DNA of 63,170 nt, filler included, from Bipalium vagum (Eukaryota): assembly GCA_037834085.1 (NCBI GenBank). It is 3 parts of 3 records of this genome, joined end to end, with 100 filler letters (N's around TTAATTAATTAA, not from the genome) between each part and the next. Parts side by side here need not be neighbours in the genome. Positions count along the whole stretch, not along the records: positions 16,025 to 42,738 come from JBBMKC010132934.1; positions 42,839 to 63,170 come from JBBMKC010255115.1; 1 more part is not named here. One strand, given 5' to 3'. The notes beneath the pieces were generated by a model. The model saw only the letters and a list, made by a program, of their open reading frames with translations, did not search any database and was not told where the DNA came from. Shown here piece after piece: positions 38,744-49,700 of the stretch; positions within the stretch are counted from its first letter, which is position 1; each line of letters starts with the position of its first letter. Position numbers and translations under genes: made by a program.

Positions 38744-41281
38744 TCAAAGTAATAAAATTATTATAAAAATTTCAAATTCCTCACATTATATATTCTCAAA
38801 TTTCCGGATGAATGAGTGCAAATGAAATTAAAAGCAAATTTAGGAATGTATGGAGCAGATTTTATAATTAGATTATTTTCTTCAAAAAATATTCAAAATT
38901 CTGAAATTTTCGAAAATATATTAACAAGGATGATAAAAATCTCTATAAAGTTTTTTAATTCATTATTTAATTATATTAATTTACTTTAATATTAAGGTTT
39001 TGTCATATAATGAAATGACCTAAAATCGGTTTCATGATTTATTTTCGGTAACCTTTGAAATGTTAATATTGACTCTGAAATGCCAAGTATTCAGATTACT
39101 AAAAATAAGTTATAATGTTCTGAATAATAAATAAATAATAATATATTAAATGAAAGGACAGAAAATTAATAATAACGAAATTGAATCGTAGAACGAAATT
39201 CTTATGTCTGGGTTTGGAAATATTGTTGATTTTATAGCTTATCTTTCCAGTAATATTAAAAACTATGAAGAGTGCGTTAAACATGTTTGTTGATATTACA
39301 ATTACAATTTTATTTATAAAGAATATTTTAACCCTATTCGGGGTTTTACTTTATGAGAGAAGAAAAAATGGCATTTAAAGTACAGAAACTCAAAATACAA
39401 CTAATTCATTCCTTCCACCAGACATATACATCACTGGTTGACCTGATAAAGAAAAAGTAACCTTGTACAACAATAAAAACTAAGGATTTTCGTCAGGAAA
39501 TCATAATAATTGATTTTAGTATGAATTTAAGTTAATTATTCAGTTCAATTGGATCTTAAAATCAAACAATGAATTTTTAAGAGTGACTTCATATGACTTA
39601 ATTTGATTAACCGAAGTAGAGATTCAAAAAATTATTTTAATAATTGCAATTTTTACTTTTTCATTTTCATTATTTTTGTCACAAAATCCTATTGTGGTTC
39701 ATAACTTCATTCTGATGAGCATTGAAATCAATTTTTTCACCTGTTCTGAGTCTATAGGTTATTATACTTATAAAACTTCGCGTTTGATTATGTACTAAAA
39801 TGTACCAGTACCATACAGATACAAGTAGATAAGCAAGGGAATGGCGTGCAAAAAATGAACCTAAACGAAAAATAGTTCGTCAAACTCATTCCAAAATCAC
39901 GATCATGTTGGCCATTTTTTTGTGGTTGTCGTTGTTTAATCCATTACAAATTTCTTTCTGTTTTTGTCAAACAGTAATTAGGAATATTATTTGTAAGTCA
40001 TGCGTCGTTTGAGAGAAGCAATTCATAAAAAAAAAGATGTATTTATGAGTAAACAATTCACAGATTTTCCCACGATAATGCACCATCTCATACTACTTTC
40101 ATTATTCTTCTTTTTTAATCAAATATCAAGCCAAATCATTTCTCAAGCACCATACTTACCTGCTACGACTCCGTTTGACTTCTTCCTTTACCCTTGGCTG
40201 AAATAATCTCTTCTTGGATAAGTAGAACAGATTCGGAAATCGTATATATAAAAGGTTCTTTGACGAATGGAAAAACGACGCCACAAATATGTTTCAGTGA
40301 CTGGGGACTACTTGGGAGTAGACACGATAAACTTTGATAATTAAATATTTTGTGTTTTATTTGAATTCATGAAATATTTTGAGTATTGTATCTTGAATAA
40401 TTTATTGTGATATTGGAAAAATCGATTTAGAATATTATCATAATTATTACATTAGGCATTGTTAAAACAAACTTTATATGAATGATTTTTTCAAAAACCA
40501 TCTTTAAGGTATTATGGTGAGATCAATAAATCACCGAACTCAAATTAGTTAGCACATTTTATCTGATTTAAAAATTGATTTTGACATCAAAATAATCCTC
40601 GCACTCATTAAGCCTTTAAAGATAAATTTGACGATTGATCCAAAAAACTCTTGAATTGATTAAAAAAGATTAAAAAAAAGATTAAGAATTGATTAGGAAT
40701 TGATCCGAAAGCTATGAAAAGTGTTTTATGTTTTCCAAAATATTTCATAGACTGTCTTATTTGTGATATCATTATTTCAGAAAGTAATTATGTTCCGAAA
40801 GACATGTGGTATCATCAATGGGGTGCTACCGAAAGGTAATGGAAACCAATCTGCGGCATTTATCCCTCATGGAACTGCACAATTAGCAGCCGTAATCGGT
40901 AATGCGTATCAAAGGAGAGCTGAAAGAATCAGCTTGCAACTGAGCATTGATGAAGGATGCCTGGAACCGAAACTTATTCTTTCTCTTAATAAGTCACCTC
41001 TTTTGTCTAATCGAGAAAAGCTTCAACAGAGATTTCAACAGTCTTTCAGTGAATCTTCTGTTCCTGAATCCTCCAACGACATTCCTACGACGGTCGATGA
41101 AAAATCTGATTCCAATAGCATGATTAGCTATATCCAAATGCCATCCGTAGAAATTCGGAATCCCAAAGTTCTTGAGAGAATAACTACCAAGCAAATCGAG
41201 TACGCCATGTTTATTGAAGAATTACGTAAAAAGACTCTTGGAACTCATCAACCTCTTCTGACTGGAATGATTATTTTTTGA
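16644..41281 (+). CDS. INPP5F: SAC2/INPP5F-like phosphoinositide phosphatase, 3' portion (spliced)
   Basis: Phase-compatible GT-AG exons 16644-16770, 16826-16929, 19382-19450, 24951-25024, 29927-30208, 31968-32287, 36013-36351, 38345-38653, 40781-41281. Motifs YYL..RQAAIDLMIG, KIQIGYE..IRVYY and LRLFNNI..VESLKAIAESF match the Sac2 post-catalytic and hSac2 regions. Catalytic CX5R exons not identified in the window. Confidence 0.85.
16826..16929 (+). CDS. INPP5F: SAC2 exon QKEDNIKELANQCKKACL...LLIFCN
   Basis: Follows a 55-nt intron, phase 0 to 2; start of hSac2. Confidence 0.8.
17054..17846 (+). mobile_element. Decayed, internally deleted mariner
   Basis: Imperfect TA-flanked TIRs TTAAGTTGGTCGG / CCAGCCAACCCAA; HP.YFPGLSPTEYHL motif. 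Confidence 0.8.
19382..19450 (+). CDS. INPP5F: SAC2 exon NEKEFQDMNTVALITLDYIYIV(R)
   Basis: tag| acceptor, |gtagga donor, phase 2 to 2; hSac2 strands. Confidence 0.8.
20800..22400 (-). mobile_element. Tc1-like remnant(s)
   Basis: Minus-strand fragments resembling QHDGK and WMAG/CF motifs; very decayed, boundaries approximate. Confidence 0.35.
23040..23222 (+). mobile_element. 3' end of mariner
   Basis: FYTTVLNKLVSRWKKCVDSSGCYVD* followed by TIR-like TTGCATCAACCTTA. Confidence 0.75.
23590..24017 (+). mobile_element. 3' half of mariner
   Basis: ILLHDNAR, LPERWGKVVNND..YFD* and TIR-like end ..CCCTAATA. Confidence 0.8.
24683..24758 (+). repeat. (AAT)n microsatellite
   Basis: About 25 perfect units; similar tracts at 5343, 16025, 32466, 42668 and 63135. 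Confidence 0.95.
24951..25024 (+). CDS. INPP5F: SAC2 exon LDFQLKHQPLAIALPVQSIRKIQI(G)
   Basis: tag| acceptor, |gtaaga donor, phase 2 to 1; joins the 29927 exon to give KIQIGYE (cf. KIEIGPE). Confidence 0.8.
25880..26861 (-). mobile_element. Decayed mariner
   Basis: Minus-strand TGDEK, PHKL and LHPRK..L..W motifs; TA-flanked TIR-like end at 26861. Confidence 0.75.
27458..28641 (-). mobile_element. Near full-length decayed mariner with TIRs
   Basis: TIRs TTGAGTTGGCAACAAAGT / ACTTTCTTGCCAAACCAA with TA. ORF 28020-28385 has WVPHKL and EKWVVYDN; YSPDLVSTDYHLF lies downstream. Confidence 0.92.
29927..30208 (+). CDS. INPP5F: SAC2 exon (hSac2 C-terminal part)
   Basis: cag| acceptor, |gtcagt donor, phase 1 to 1; LRLFNNILIDVRSNNDHVESLKAIAESF. 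Confidence 0.85.
30815..30955 (-). repeat. ~140 bp dispersed repeat next to (ATT)n, copy A (SINE-like)
   Basis: Closely similar to 38768-38920; both copies abut (ATT)n, i.e. an (AAT)n tail on the minus strand. Confidence 0.7.
31968..32287 (+). CDS. INPP5F: SAC2 exon, acidic/Ser-rich C-terminal region
   Basis: ttttcag| acceptor, |gtatgt donor, phase 1 to 0, open frame. Confidence 0.75.
33200..33362 (+). mobile_element. Internally deleted mariner (N-terminus fused to C-terminus)
   Basis: EFRVIILHEFKRG..LNKAFGK directly followed by CIDCNGAYFE*. Confidence 0.65.
35200..35770 (-). mobile_element. Tc1-like remnant
   Basis: More GC-rich decayed coding block with minus-strand G.S.RK and DE-like fragments. 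Confidence 0.35.
36013..36351 (+). CDS. INPP5F: SAC2 exon VKIPNWK...FNFKKS
   Basis: cag| acceptor, |gtatga donor, phase 0 to 0, 113 open codons. Confidence 0.75.
36532..37200 (+). mobile_element. Mos1-like (mauritiana-type) mariner, 5' part
   Basis: ORF 36701-36967 MSRFTPSKEHLREVLIHYF..CERWFHRFRNNDFSVKDKE closely resembles the Mos1 N-terminus; GKW.P follows. Confidence 0.9.
37918..37988 (-). mobile_element. tRNA-headed element copy 3 (left end and tRNA-like head)
   Basis: Reverse complement TGTGAGATAAATTGAAAATTAGTCGGGAGATGTTGCTCAGCAGTCAGAGCAGTCAATGCGCATATGAAAG. Right end not found. Confidence 0.75.
38345..38653 (+). CDS. INPP5F: SAC2 exon KSGILNFNPE...SDSNE
   Basis: ttag| acceptor, |gtgaga donor, phase 0 to 0, 103 open codons (missed by the ORF track). 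Confidence 0.75.
38768..38920 (-). repeat. ~140 bp dispersed repeat copy B
   Basis: Matches 30815-30955. Confidence 0.7.
39840..40390 (+). mobile_element. Decayed mariner 3' half
   Basis: MRRLREAI, APYLPATTPFDFFLYPWLK and GDY motifs. Confidence 0.8.
40781..41281 (+). CDS. INPP5F: SAC2 probable terminal exon
   Basis: tttcag| acceptor, phase 0, 166 codons to TGA. Confidence 0.75.
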   Translation, partial: KVIMFRKTCGIINGVLPKGNGNQSAAFIPHGTAQLAAVIGNAYQRRAERISLQLSIDEGCLEPKLILSLNKSPLLSNREKLQQRFQQSFSESSVPESSNDIPTTVDEKSDSNSMISYIQMPSVEIRNPKVLERITTKQIEYAMFIEELRKKTLGTHQPLLTGMIIF

Positions 41282-42074
41282 CATTTCTTTTGATTTTTGA
41301 TTTTGTCTATTTTGTTTTTCCGTCATCAGACCAAAATTGGATAATTCAATGTTTTTAAAACCTGTTCGGTTTGTATTTATGTGATTCATCTTTCTTTGGA
41401 AATGTGGTATTTCTCCGAAACTCTGTGATATTTAAACAAAATATATTGAACTCTTTATTTTCTCACTGACTTCTTATTTTATCGTTATAGCACACCATAA
41501 TGTTCTCCAATGGGAAATGTCTGGCTTCACTTTGGTGAAAGAAATACTTAAGACGTTCCATTAAAGTATGAATTTAGAACTGTTATATTTTGTTTGAATA
41601 TGGGAATTATTATGTTCAGTTTTTATTTGGTGGCCTTAATATTGAAATGAAAGCACTAGTGAAATTTAATCAATATGACTAATGAAGAAATTCGAATAAT
41701 TATTTGATAAGTTTCTAATATGAGATATAAGGTAAAACTAATTAAAAGATAAATAAATATTTGCAAAAATGAAAATAATGAAAGACTGCACTACTGGTTT
41801 ACATAACTTTACTTACACGAAAACCAGAAATAAACTCTAAGTTGTACGAATCTATTAAAATTTTATTATTATAGTATTTTATAAAAATAATTTGAAAAAA
41901 TATAGGTATTGCTTTTTTTAATTATTATATTCTTTAAATATTTGCACAATTAAGAGAATAACATGACCCATTTAAAACATTTTAACAAGTCAAGAATTTT
42001 GAAAAGTCTGTAAATGAATTTTAAATTCTGTGCTTCTCTTTGAATATTATATGTTGCTTGTCTGCAATAATACT

Positions 42075-42600
42075 GACCAAAGCCAGGAGTGACAAGGGGT
42101 CTCGGGGTCGCCCTCTAGGCCCTTCGCAGGTTGTCTAGGGGTTCCCAAGCTCGCTGGGTCCCCTTGATAAATCCTCTTGCATTGTCGTCATTGGAGAAAG
42201 AAATTAAAAATACTGTAACCACTGATCTTCACGAAGCGCATGAAATCTTCACTGACAAATAAAATCTTCACTGGAAGAAATGGAATCTTCACTGAAACAA
42301 AATGAAATCTTCACTGATTTTCGATGTTTTCTGGACAAATTGATGGGAATAGTTGTCTCTGTATATAGTCGCAGGGATTTGGCTACTATCACCAATCCCT
42401 ACGCTCAGAGACGGCTTTTTCCATCAATATCCTTTAATTACTTTCCCTGTCTCCATGACATGATAGGAAGGACTATTATCTCCCACGATGGGGAGTAATT
42501 ACTTCTTCTCAACCTCGACGCCAAGGCTGATATTATCAAGCCTTTAATTATTTTCTATATGAAGGATTTTTATCTCCCAGTATCGTTATTCCGCGCTTAT
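42075..42600 (-). mobile_element. Possible 3' end of an RLE-type element (degenerate endonuclease, SED repeats, GC-rich 3' region)
   Basis: Minus strand reads EIKI..IENN..SALASRLRR...WEIIVLPIM..QG; AATCTTCACTG repeated 4x; GC-rich block at 42082-42165. Confidence 0.35.
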
Positions 42601-42666
42601 TTAGATTTTCCATTAATATTTTTCATTATTAGTATTATTATTACCAATTTACTATCAGTATTAACA

Positions 42667-42738
<72 letters not shown>

Positions 42739-42782
42739 NNNNNNNNNNNNNNNNNNNNNNNNNNNNNNNNNNNNNNNNNNNN

Positions 42783-42794
42783 TTAATTAATTAA
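42783..42794. other. Artificial linker TTAATTAATTAA in N gap
   Basis: Same as 15969. Confidence 0.9.
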
Positions 42795-43179
42795 NNNNNN
42801 NNNNNNNNNNNNNNNNNNNNNNNNNNNNNNNNNNNNNNTTTTAGACGTTTTTAACTTATTTCTGTGTGAAATATAGCATTTCTAATGAAAGTTTTTTTAG
42901 TTTGGGGGAAACTTATAATATTATATAAAATTATTTTCCTTCTGTCTAAAATTATTTTATTAGTGTTTTTTGATGTTCACATTTATTGTTGGGTTAAATG
43001 AAACACATCATTATATTAAATAATTTTACTGTTCCCTATAGTTAGTTTATAAGCTTTTTTTGAGGTTTATTTTTTCATTATTTTCTTTTTGTGTGAAATA
43101 TTGCACATCTATTGAACATTGTTCAGTTTTTCAGAAAACTTTTAGTTTATACAATATTTCTTGTGCCTACTTTAGACTG

Positions 43180-43790
43180 GACCTGCGACGACCGGTGAAA
43201 TGACCGTTTCTATAATTTAATCTTGAATTTATAATATTGAAATACAAAGTTTTATTGCTAAGATCTGTGAGTTTATCTATTCCACTAAGATGCTCGTAAA
43301 TATATTTATTGAAAAATCTTATCTTTTAATTATTTTTAATTTATGAGAAAGATTTTCAATGTGGCTTACTTAAATATATATTATAGAAATATTTAATATT
43401 CGTTTAAATGTTTAACTTTAAATAATACTTTGAAAATGGTACGTTTTTTATTTTGAATATATTTTTAATTTTATATGCTTGATACATATGACAAGACATA
43501 TGAATAAATATAGCAAGGCAATTATTAGTTATTTTTGTCCGGATACATCAAGAGTTACAAGGTATTCAAAAAACAGATATTTCAAGGTGAGATTAAAACG
43601 GCATTTGAACTTTTAATTGAAGAACAATTGTTTCCCTCAACGGCGAGATGTCGTTAAACTAAATTTCTTCAAAACAAATCGGATAAATTTGCTATTAAAT
43701 TTTGGCTAGCATGCGACGTCAATGGCCAGTACGTGCTGAATGGGTTCCCATATTTAGTAAAAGATGAATCAAAGAAATATTCCCGTAACA
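43180..43790 (+). mobile_element. piggyBac (PGBD4-like) transposase remnant
   Basis: EEQLFPSTARCR*TKFLQNKSDKFAIKFWLACDVNGQYVLNGFPYLVKDE at ~43620-43770; terminal-like CCTGCGACGACCGGTGAAATGACCG at ~43182. Confidence 0.85.
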
Positions 43791-44252
43791 AACTTACCCT
43801 GAAATTATCAAAACTTTAACATTATATAAAATAGTTTTTTGTGCCTAAAATCGGTTTTCAGTGTTTTTATGATGTTTTACTCCGCTTACTTGAAATATAG
43901 CATTTCTAATGAAATATTTTCAGTTTTAGCGAAAACTATATTATTATATTGTGTGATAAATTGAAAATTAGTTGGGGGATGTAGCTCAGCGATCAGAGCA
44001 GTACATCAAATAAATTTTTGAAATAAAAAATATAAATGACGTTTTGAAAATTGAAAATTTGAAAAATGTATTTTATAAAAAAGCATCTTTGGATTTAATA
44101 TTAAACTAGATCAAATTTCTTTAGAATCAAAGGAAAATGAAAATAATTTGAGATTTTCTAATAAAAACATATCACCGCAGACGATTAATCAGATCAATCG
44201 GCTGTTCAATGTTGTACATGATAATTGTGACAGCATTGAAGAGTAGATTGGA

Positions 44253-44741
44253 ATGGTTCTTAGTCTGCGGCTGATGATTTTTAATTATAAATCTAAAATT
44301 GAAAATAAAAAGGAATTTCGCTTCCTGTTTAGTAGATTGGAGCAAAAGTGTACATCGTTGCTATTAAATAAAAATAGATTTTTAATTTATATAAATTCTT
44401 GCCTGCGGTGTCCGCCAGAAATGCTTATTATCCACTTTATTGATTTTGTAATTGATGCCTTCTCTTCTTTCTTGAAATCTGGACCATCTTACTTGAAACC
44501 TCTGATAACCGCTAGTAAGATGTGTAATGTTTCTGTGGCTGAATCCAAGATTGGTTCTGAGAATCTTTCAAGATCTTTTGAGCCTGTCGAAAGTCTGTCT
44601 AGTATATGTGCTTTGTCTATCATTGATACGTATTGTCCGATCTGCGCTGAGAGACAAACTGTCTCAATCTTGAAGACAGATGTAGCCTATTTTCCTATCT
44701 GTCAACCTTGCCTTGATAGCCTGATACTTGTATACTTGTGA
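44253..44741 (+). pseudogene. Unknown N-terminal region with CxxC-x18-CxxC putative zinc finger
   Basis: YCPICAERQ...PICQPCLD; same frame as the downstream RLE ORF, separated from it by 3 stops. Confidence 0.55.
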
Positions 44742-44786
44742 AACCAAAGGATGCCAAGTTGATTTCATAAATACTTCATCATCTAA

Positions 44787-45419
44787 TTGATCATTCATGG
44801 AATTTCAACTGGAATAACCAATCAAGTGCTGGTCAATTCGCGTCTTCAATTCGTCAATCATCCATCTCCACAAGACCTATATTCAATGGCGAAATATTCA
44901 TTTCTGCATGGTATTTCATACATAGAGCCAGATCGTACTCTATTCAAATTAATGCTCGACACGGCTCACCATTCAGAGAATGCCGAAGATGTAATGAACC
45001 AGAGGAAACTCTATCGCATGTACTCGTCGGCTGTGATCAGTCGAGAAAATTTTAGAACTGCCGTCACAACACAATCCCAGACTATCTCGCCGAATAGATC
45101 AAATCAAAAACGTCTTCTTCTCATATATGTCAAATGCCCTTATAACATCGAAAACAACATGTTTTGGAATCATGAGAAAAATTTCAGGCATTATGAAGAT
45201 CCACTTAACAAAACTAAAGAAGCTTTGACGCAATGGACAATAATTTTGGATACATTTGCTGTTGGATGCCTCGGATCATGGGAGACACGGAATGACGAAA
45301 TTCTCAAAACGCAAATCAACAGAAATCGGAAAATTCTGCGTATCTTCGAATATCAAGTGGAGTGCAACGCAATGAAATTTTCATCGGAATGTCAGAAAGC
45401 TGAAGATGACTCAATCTGA
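44787..45419 (+). pseudogene. RLE-type PD-(D/E)XK endonuclease domain ORF (catalytic residues eroded)
   Basis: LLIYVKCPYN...NHEKNFRHY...LDTFAVGCLGSWETRNDEILK; clearly paralogous to 2548-2985; first Asp segment deleted and DxK reads YxK. Confidence 0.8.
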
Positions 45420-46632
45420 ATTGCATGATATTGCCAATGATGAACCACAAAACCAGACAGACGACAATGATGACGGAAAAATCTGACTGATTGTGAAGAC
45501 GAACTAATATAAAACTATGAATTATTTAACTAAATGATTTAAGTGATAAACTTTTTATTTTATTTTATTTTGTAAAAATGCCATACTAGGCTCACAGAAA
45601 TGTGCAATTGATTTATGTTCAATTATTTGTAAAAACTTGTTGTGAAAATACAGTTTTGTTCGTTCGAATCCGGTTATCTCCCATTAAATATCAGGAAAGA
45701 TTATCTATATTTCTATATATAATGTTTTACCTTGTATTGTATGAAATGTTACATTCTCTTGTTCTTTCACTAACATTATATAAAATAATTTTTGTTTTGC
45801 CTAAAATTAGCGAACCATTGATGGTTTAAAATTGAGATTCATATACATAGCGGGTTGTCTGGCATTTTCAATCAGTATAAAACCCGAGATGTGGGCATTT
45901 TTGACACGCTAAAATTAAATGGATAGTGCATTGTATAATGAATCGTAGGATCCCCGCTCTTTTTTAGGGGATTAGGCAGAACCATTTAAATTAATATTTG
46001 AGTTTCAATAAAGTTATAAATGCTAATATTATTAAAACAATGTAATGTAATCAAAATTCTTACTTTAAATTTAGAAGTTTATGTATTTAGATATTTATAA
46101 TTTTCACTTCAACAGCTCAATTACTTTTAATTTGTCTAAAGAATTTCAATTTTTAAGTTATAAATACAATTTTTTGTTATATACTCTTTAAAATAATAAT
46201 TTCTTTGTAGTGAAAAATTATTTTCAGAATTAGGTGACTTTATATCTCTTACATGCGTTTAAAATTCTTTACAAAATCATTATTAGTACAAACAATTTAT
46301 GCTCTTATACACGGTTTTCTCTTACAAGCGCATTCTTTCCTATGGAAATATATACCTTAGGAATGTGACCTAGAATATCTCTTAAATGCAGTTGTCTCTT
46401 ATATACTGGTCTCTAACATCCGGGTTCGACTGTACATAAAGATAAATATTATTATAAATCTGAATAAAATTATGCAATTATTACCTACTTATGATCAGAA
46501 ATAGACCAATAATGATTGAATTTGTTTTAATAGTTCTTAGAAATAAAATTAATATAATTTAAACAAAAATAATTATGTTCAACTTAAATATGGAAAACTA
46601 AGAAAGGTTAACTGTTATTTTTTATGAAAATT

Positions 46633-46768
46633 TTAATAAAATGACCACACTTCAACAGATGAAGTTTGAAAATTTTCTGTAGAAACAAGAGGAGGAGAAT
46701 CAAATGTTTCACATGCCTGGGTTATTCCTTCGTACAATGTACTATTCAACCGAATTGCATTGTTTGTT
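46633..46768 (-). CDS. OXR1: TLDc terminal exon ...ACETFDSPPLVSTENFQTSSVEVWSFY*
   Basis: tag| acceptor, phase 2; canonical TLDc C-terminus. Confidence 0.9.
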
Positions 46769-49700
46769 CTAATGAAAATAAAATTTTATTAATACAATTA
46801 AAACTTATCGAAAGTATTAACAAAAATAAATATATATATATTTTAATTGACTCAAAATAGAGTTAGTAAATACTATTACATAATACAATGGTTAAAATAT
46901 TTTATTACACTATATTTTGGGGTATCAAATTTAAACCTGATTCCAAAATCTTAGGTGGTGCAAATCAAAACAATCAGTAATGCAAAATACAATACAATGA
47001 AATGCAAGAGTCTGGGATCACAATAAATGTCCGAAATGTTACACCAATCTCACACTATCCTATCACAGCACAACAATAAAATGTTTTAACAATATTATCA
47101 GAAATAATCAAATATAATCAAAATGGATCAAATGTTAAATTAAATACTAATAATTAAATATAATCAACGATTAATAAAATATTAAAATTCGATTAAAACA
47201 AAAAAAAAGAAAACCAAAAGACCTTACGATTTGCCTTCGGTTAAAACTCCCGAGTTATGGTCTGAGCCCTAGCGGTTGCTCACCGTTGCTGGTGGGGAAT
47301 TTTAAACATAGTCCCAGCATTTAGATTAATGTTGAAATATCTGTAATATTCGTCTGTTGTAGAACTCTGTTTCCGAATTTGTCTGTTGAACTCTGCTTCC
47401 GAATTTGTCTGTTGAACTCTGCTTCCGACTTTGTCTGTTATAGAACTCTGCTTCTCTTATAGAACTCTGCAGTTGACAATAATTGTAAGCACGTTTTCTG
47501 AGGGGTGAACATCTACTGAAATCCCTTTGCTTATATACTATTTGGGACTGATCTTCATCTGGAAAAATTCTTCAGGTATTTTAAAAATTATACTTGAAAT
47601 GCTAAAAGTGTCATCAAATTTCTAAAATTCCTTAACAATTCCCTGAAAACATTTTTATGATGATCCTTATTTTTTTATTAAAATGCCTCTTTTAGGCTGC
47701 TTTAAAAATACAAATTATTTTCGAGGATTATCTTATTTTTTTAAGTTGTTTAAAAATAAAATCCCTGGAATTTTTCAATGACTTTCAAGTATTAATTAAT
47801 TTTAATTATTAATATTATTAATAATAATATTATTATTAGTAGTATTTATACCTTATTTATAGTTTTTTTATTATTTATTTTCCCCCCGGGGGGATGTCTT
47901 GGTAAACCCAACAAATTTATTAATTGAATAACGAATCTGTATAAAATGTTGTTTAAAATAATGAAATTTCTTGTGCAGACATTTTGAAAATGGTGATAAA
48001 AAAATGTTCAAAAACATACCTACAAGTGGTACAAGTTATTAAAGACGGTAATAAATCAGTTGAAGATGAACATCGTTCAGGAAGGCCATCGACCTAAACC
48101 AACGCACAAAATTCCAAAGAACGTGTACTATATAATGACTGAATAAAAATCTGTGAGATCTGATACAAATTATTAGAATATCAAAAGGAAGTATTCAATC
48201 CAATTTGAAAAATGATTTAGAGATGACTCGTGTGTCTTCTCACCTTATTCCTAAAACATTAAAATTTCATGAAAAACCACTTTGTTGAAGCTGCTCTAAG
48301 GAGATGCTTCTAGTGGATAATAACTATTTGAAATGTAAGATCACGGGTGATGAAACATGATTCTATGCTTAGGGCCCTGAAACCACGCAAAATTTCAAAG
48401 AATATCGTTTCAAAAATGTACCAATACCCAAAAAATAGGAGATCGATCAATAATAAAAATCATGTAGTTTTTTACGATTACCATGACGTCCACAAAGAAT
48501 TTTTACCAACTGGACAAAAAGTTAAAGATTATTATTTAAAGGTCAATTAGTATAAAACGACCAGAATTTTGGCAAACAAATCGTGGTTTCGCGTCATGAT
48601 GATTATTATTATGATAATTATTAGGAATTTTTTATGAGAATTCAAACTGTTACTGTTCCCTGGGTTCCTTAAGTAGTTGGAATAGTAAGACATGAATCCA
48701 ACAGTCAAGCCCCAATATCGAATACCAAATATGGAAAAAATCCTATTTTGTTTTTGATATATTCAACGTCGAATATCGAATATCAAATAAAATAATTTTA
48801 TAATCATTTTTTTCAAAGTGGAATATCGAATATTAAAACATTATATTATGTTTTTATACGGATTGGAAAATTTATATAAAATTTTATCATATTTTTTTAT
48901 TCCTATTTATTACTTTTATTAATTCCTTTCAAACTTTCATTTCAACACTACTTCTTATTCACCAGTTATGGTCCGTGAGATTTTTTTTTCTATTCCCTCG
49001 GCTTAAGATGGTATCATTGATATCCTTTTCCTTCAATTAAAATTATCAATGAGTGTGAGGTGTGTGAAAACTGATATTCCCAATGAAGGTGTATTGGTTG
49101 AATATGATAATAAAACTATTTATTCTAAAATTACAAAAATCCCTATTAGAGAACAAGAGTTACTTTTAAGAATTGATGATTAATATTTAATTAATGGTAA
49201 TAAATATAATTTTTTATCAAGACATTGTAAAGAAAGAAATTTAACTGAAGGAACTACACAAACTTTACAATAATATATATAAATTATATATAAATTACCA
49301 AATAAACCAATTTATATTTTTATAACTTTTAAAGAATCAGAAGTTAATTTTAATAAAAATAATACTTTAGTTATTCAAGATAAAATTAAATCTTTCAGGA
49401 TACAAGTGAATAATTCTTATTATACCTTAAATCCAATTCAATTTGAGAAACTTAAGAATAATAGAACTTATTCAAATTATCTGAAAGCGTGTAAATATTA
49501 TAATAATAACCTTAAACTAAATTTATTAGAATTTCAAAAATTATATTCCTTTTTTTTATTTAATATATCAATCAGATAATTTATTTTTAAATGAAGTTGT
49601 AACTTTATATTTTTGAAAAAATAATTTTCTTAATTTCTAAGAAAAAATAAATGTTGTTTTATTACAAGAACAATTTATAGAAATAAAAGTAAAAGAAGGA

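Larger units (their letters stand above)
43950..45775 (+). mobile_element. tRNA-headed, Zn-finger + RLE endonuclease element, copy 2 (longest), TG...CA termini, no RT
   Basis: TGTGTGATAAATTGAAAA start, tRNA-like 43975-44006, long interrupted ORF, 3' end ACATTCTCTTGTTCTTTCACTAACA; flanked by TTATAT/TTATAT. Confidence 0.8.

Noticed and set aside
42224-42316. Short spaced repeats as a CRISPR-like array
   Set aside because: Units ~11 nt, spacers 7-10 nt, eukaryotic context, no cas genes.
47351-47470. CRISPR-like array
   Set aside because: Contiguous tandem units without unique spacers.
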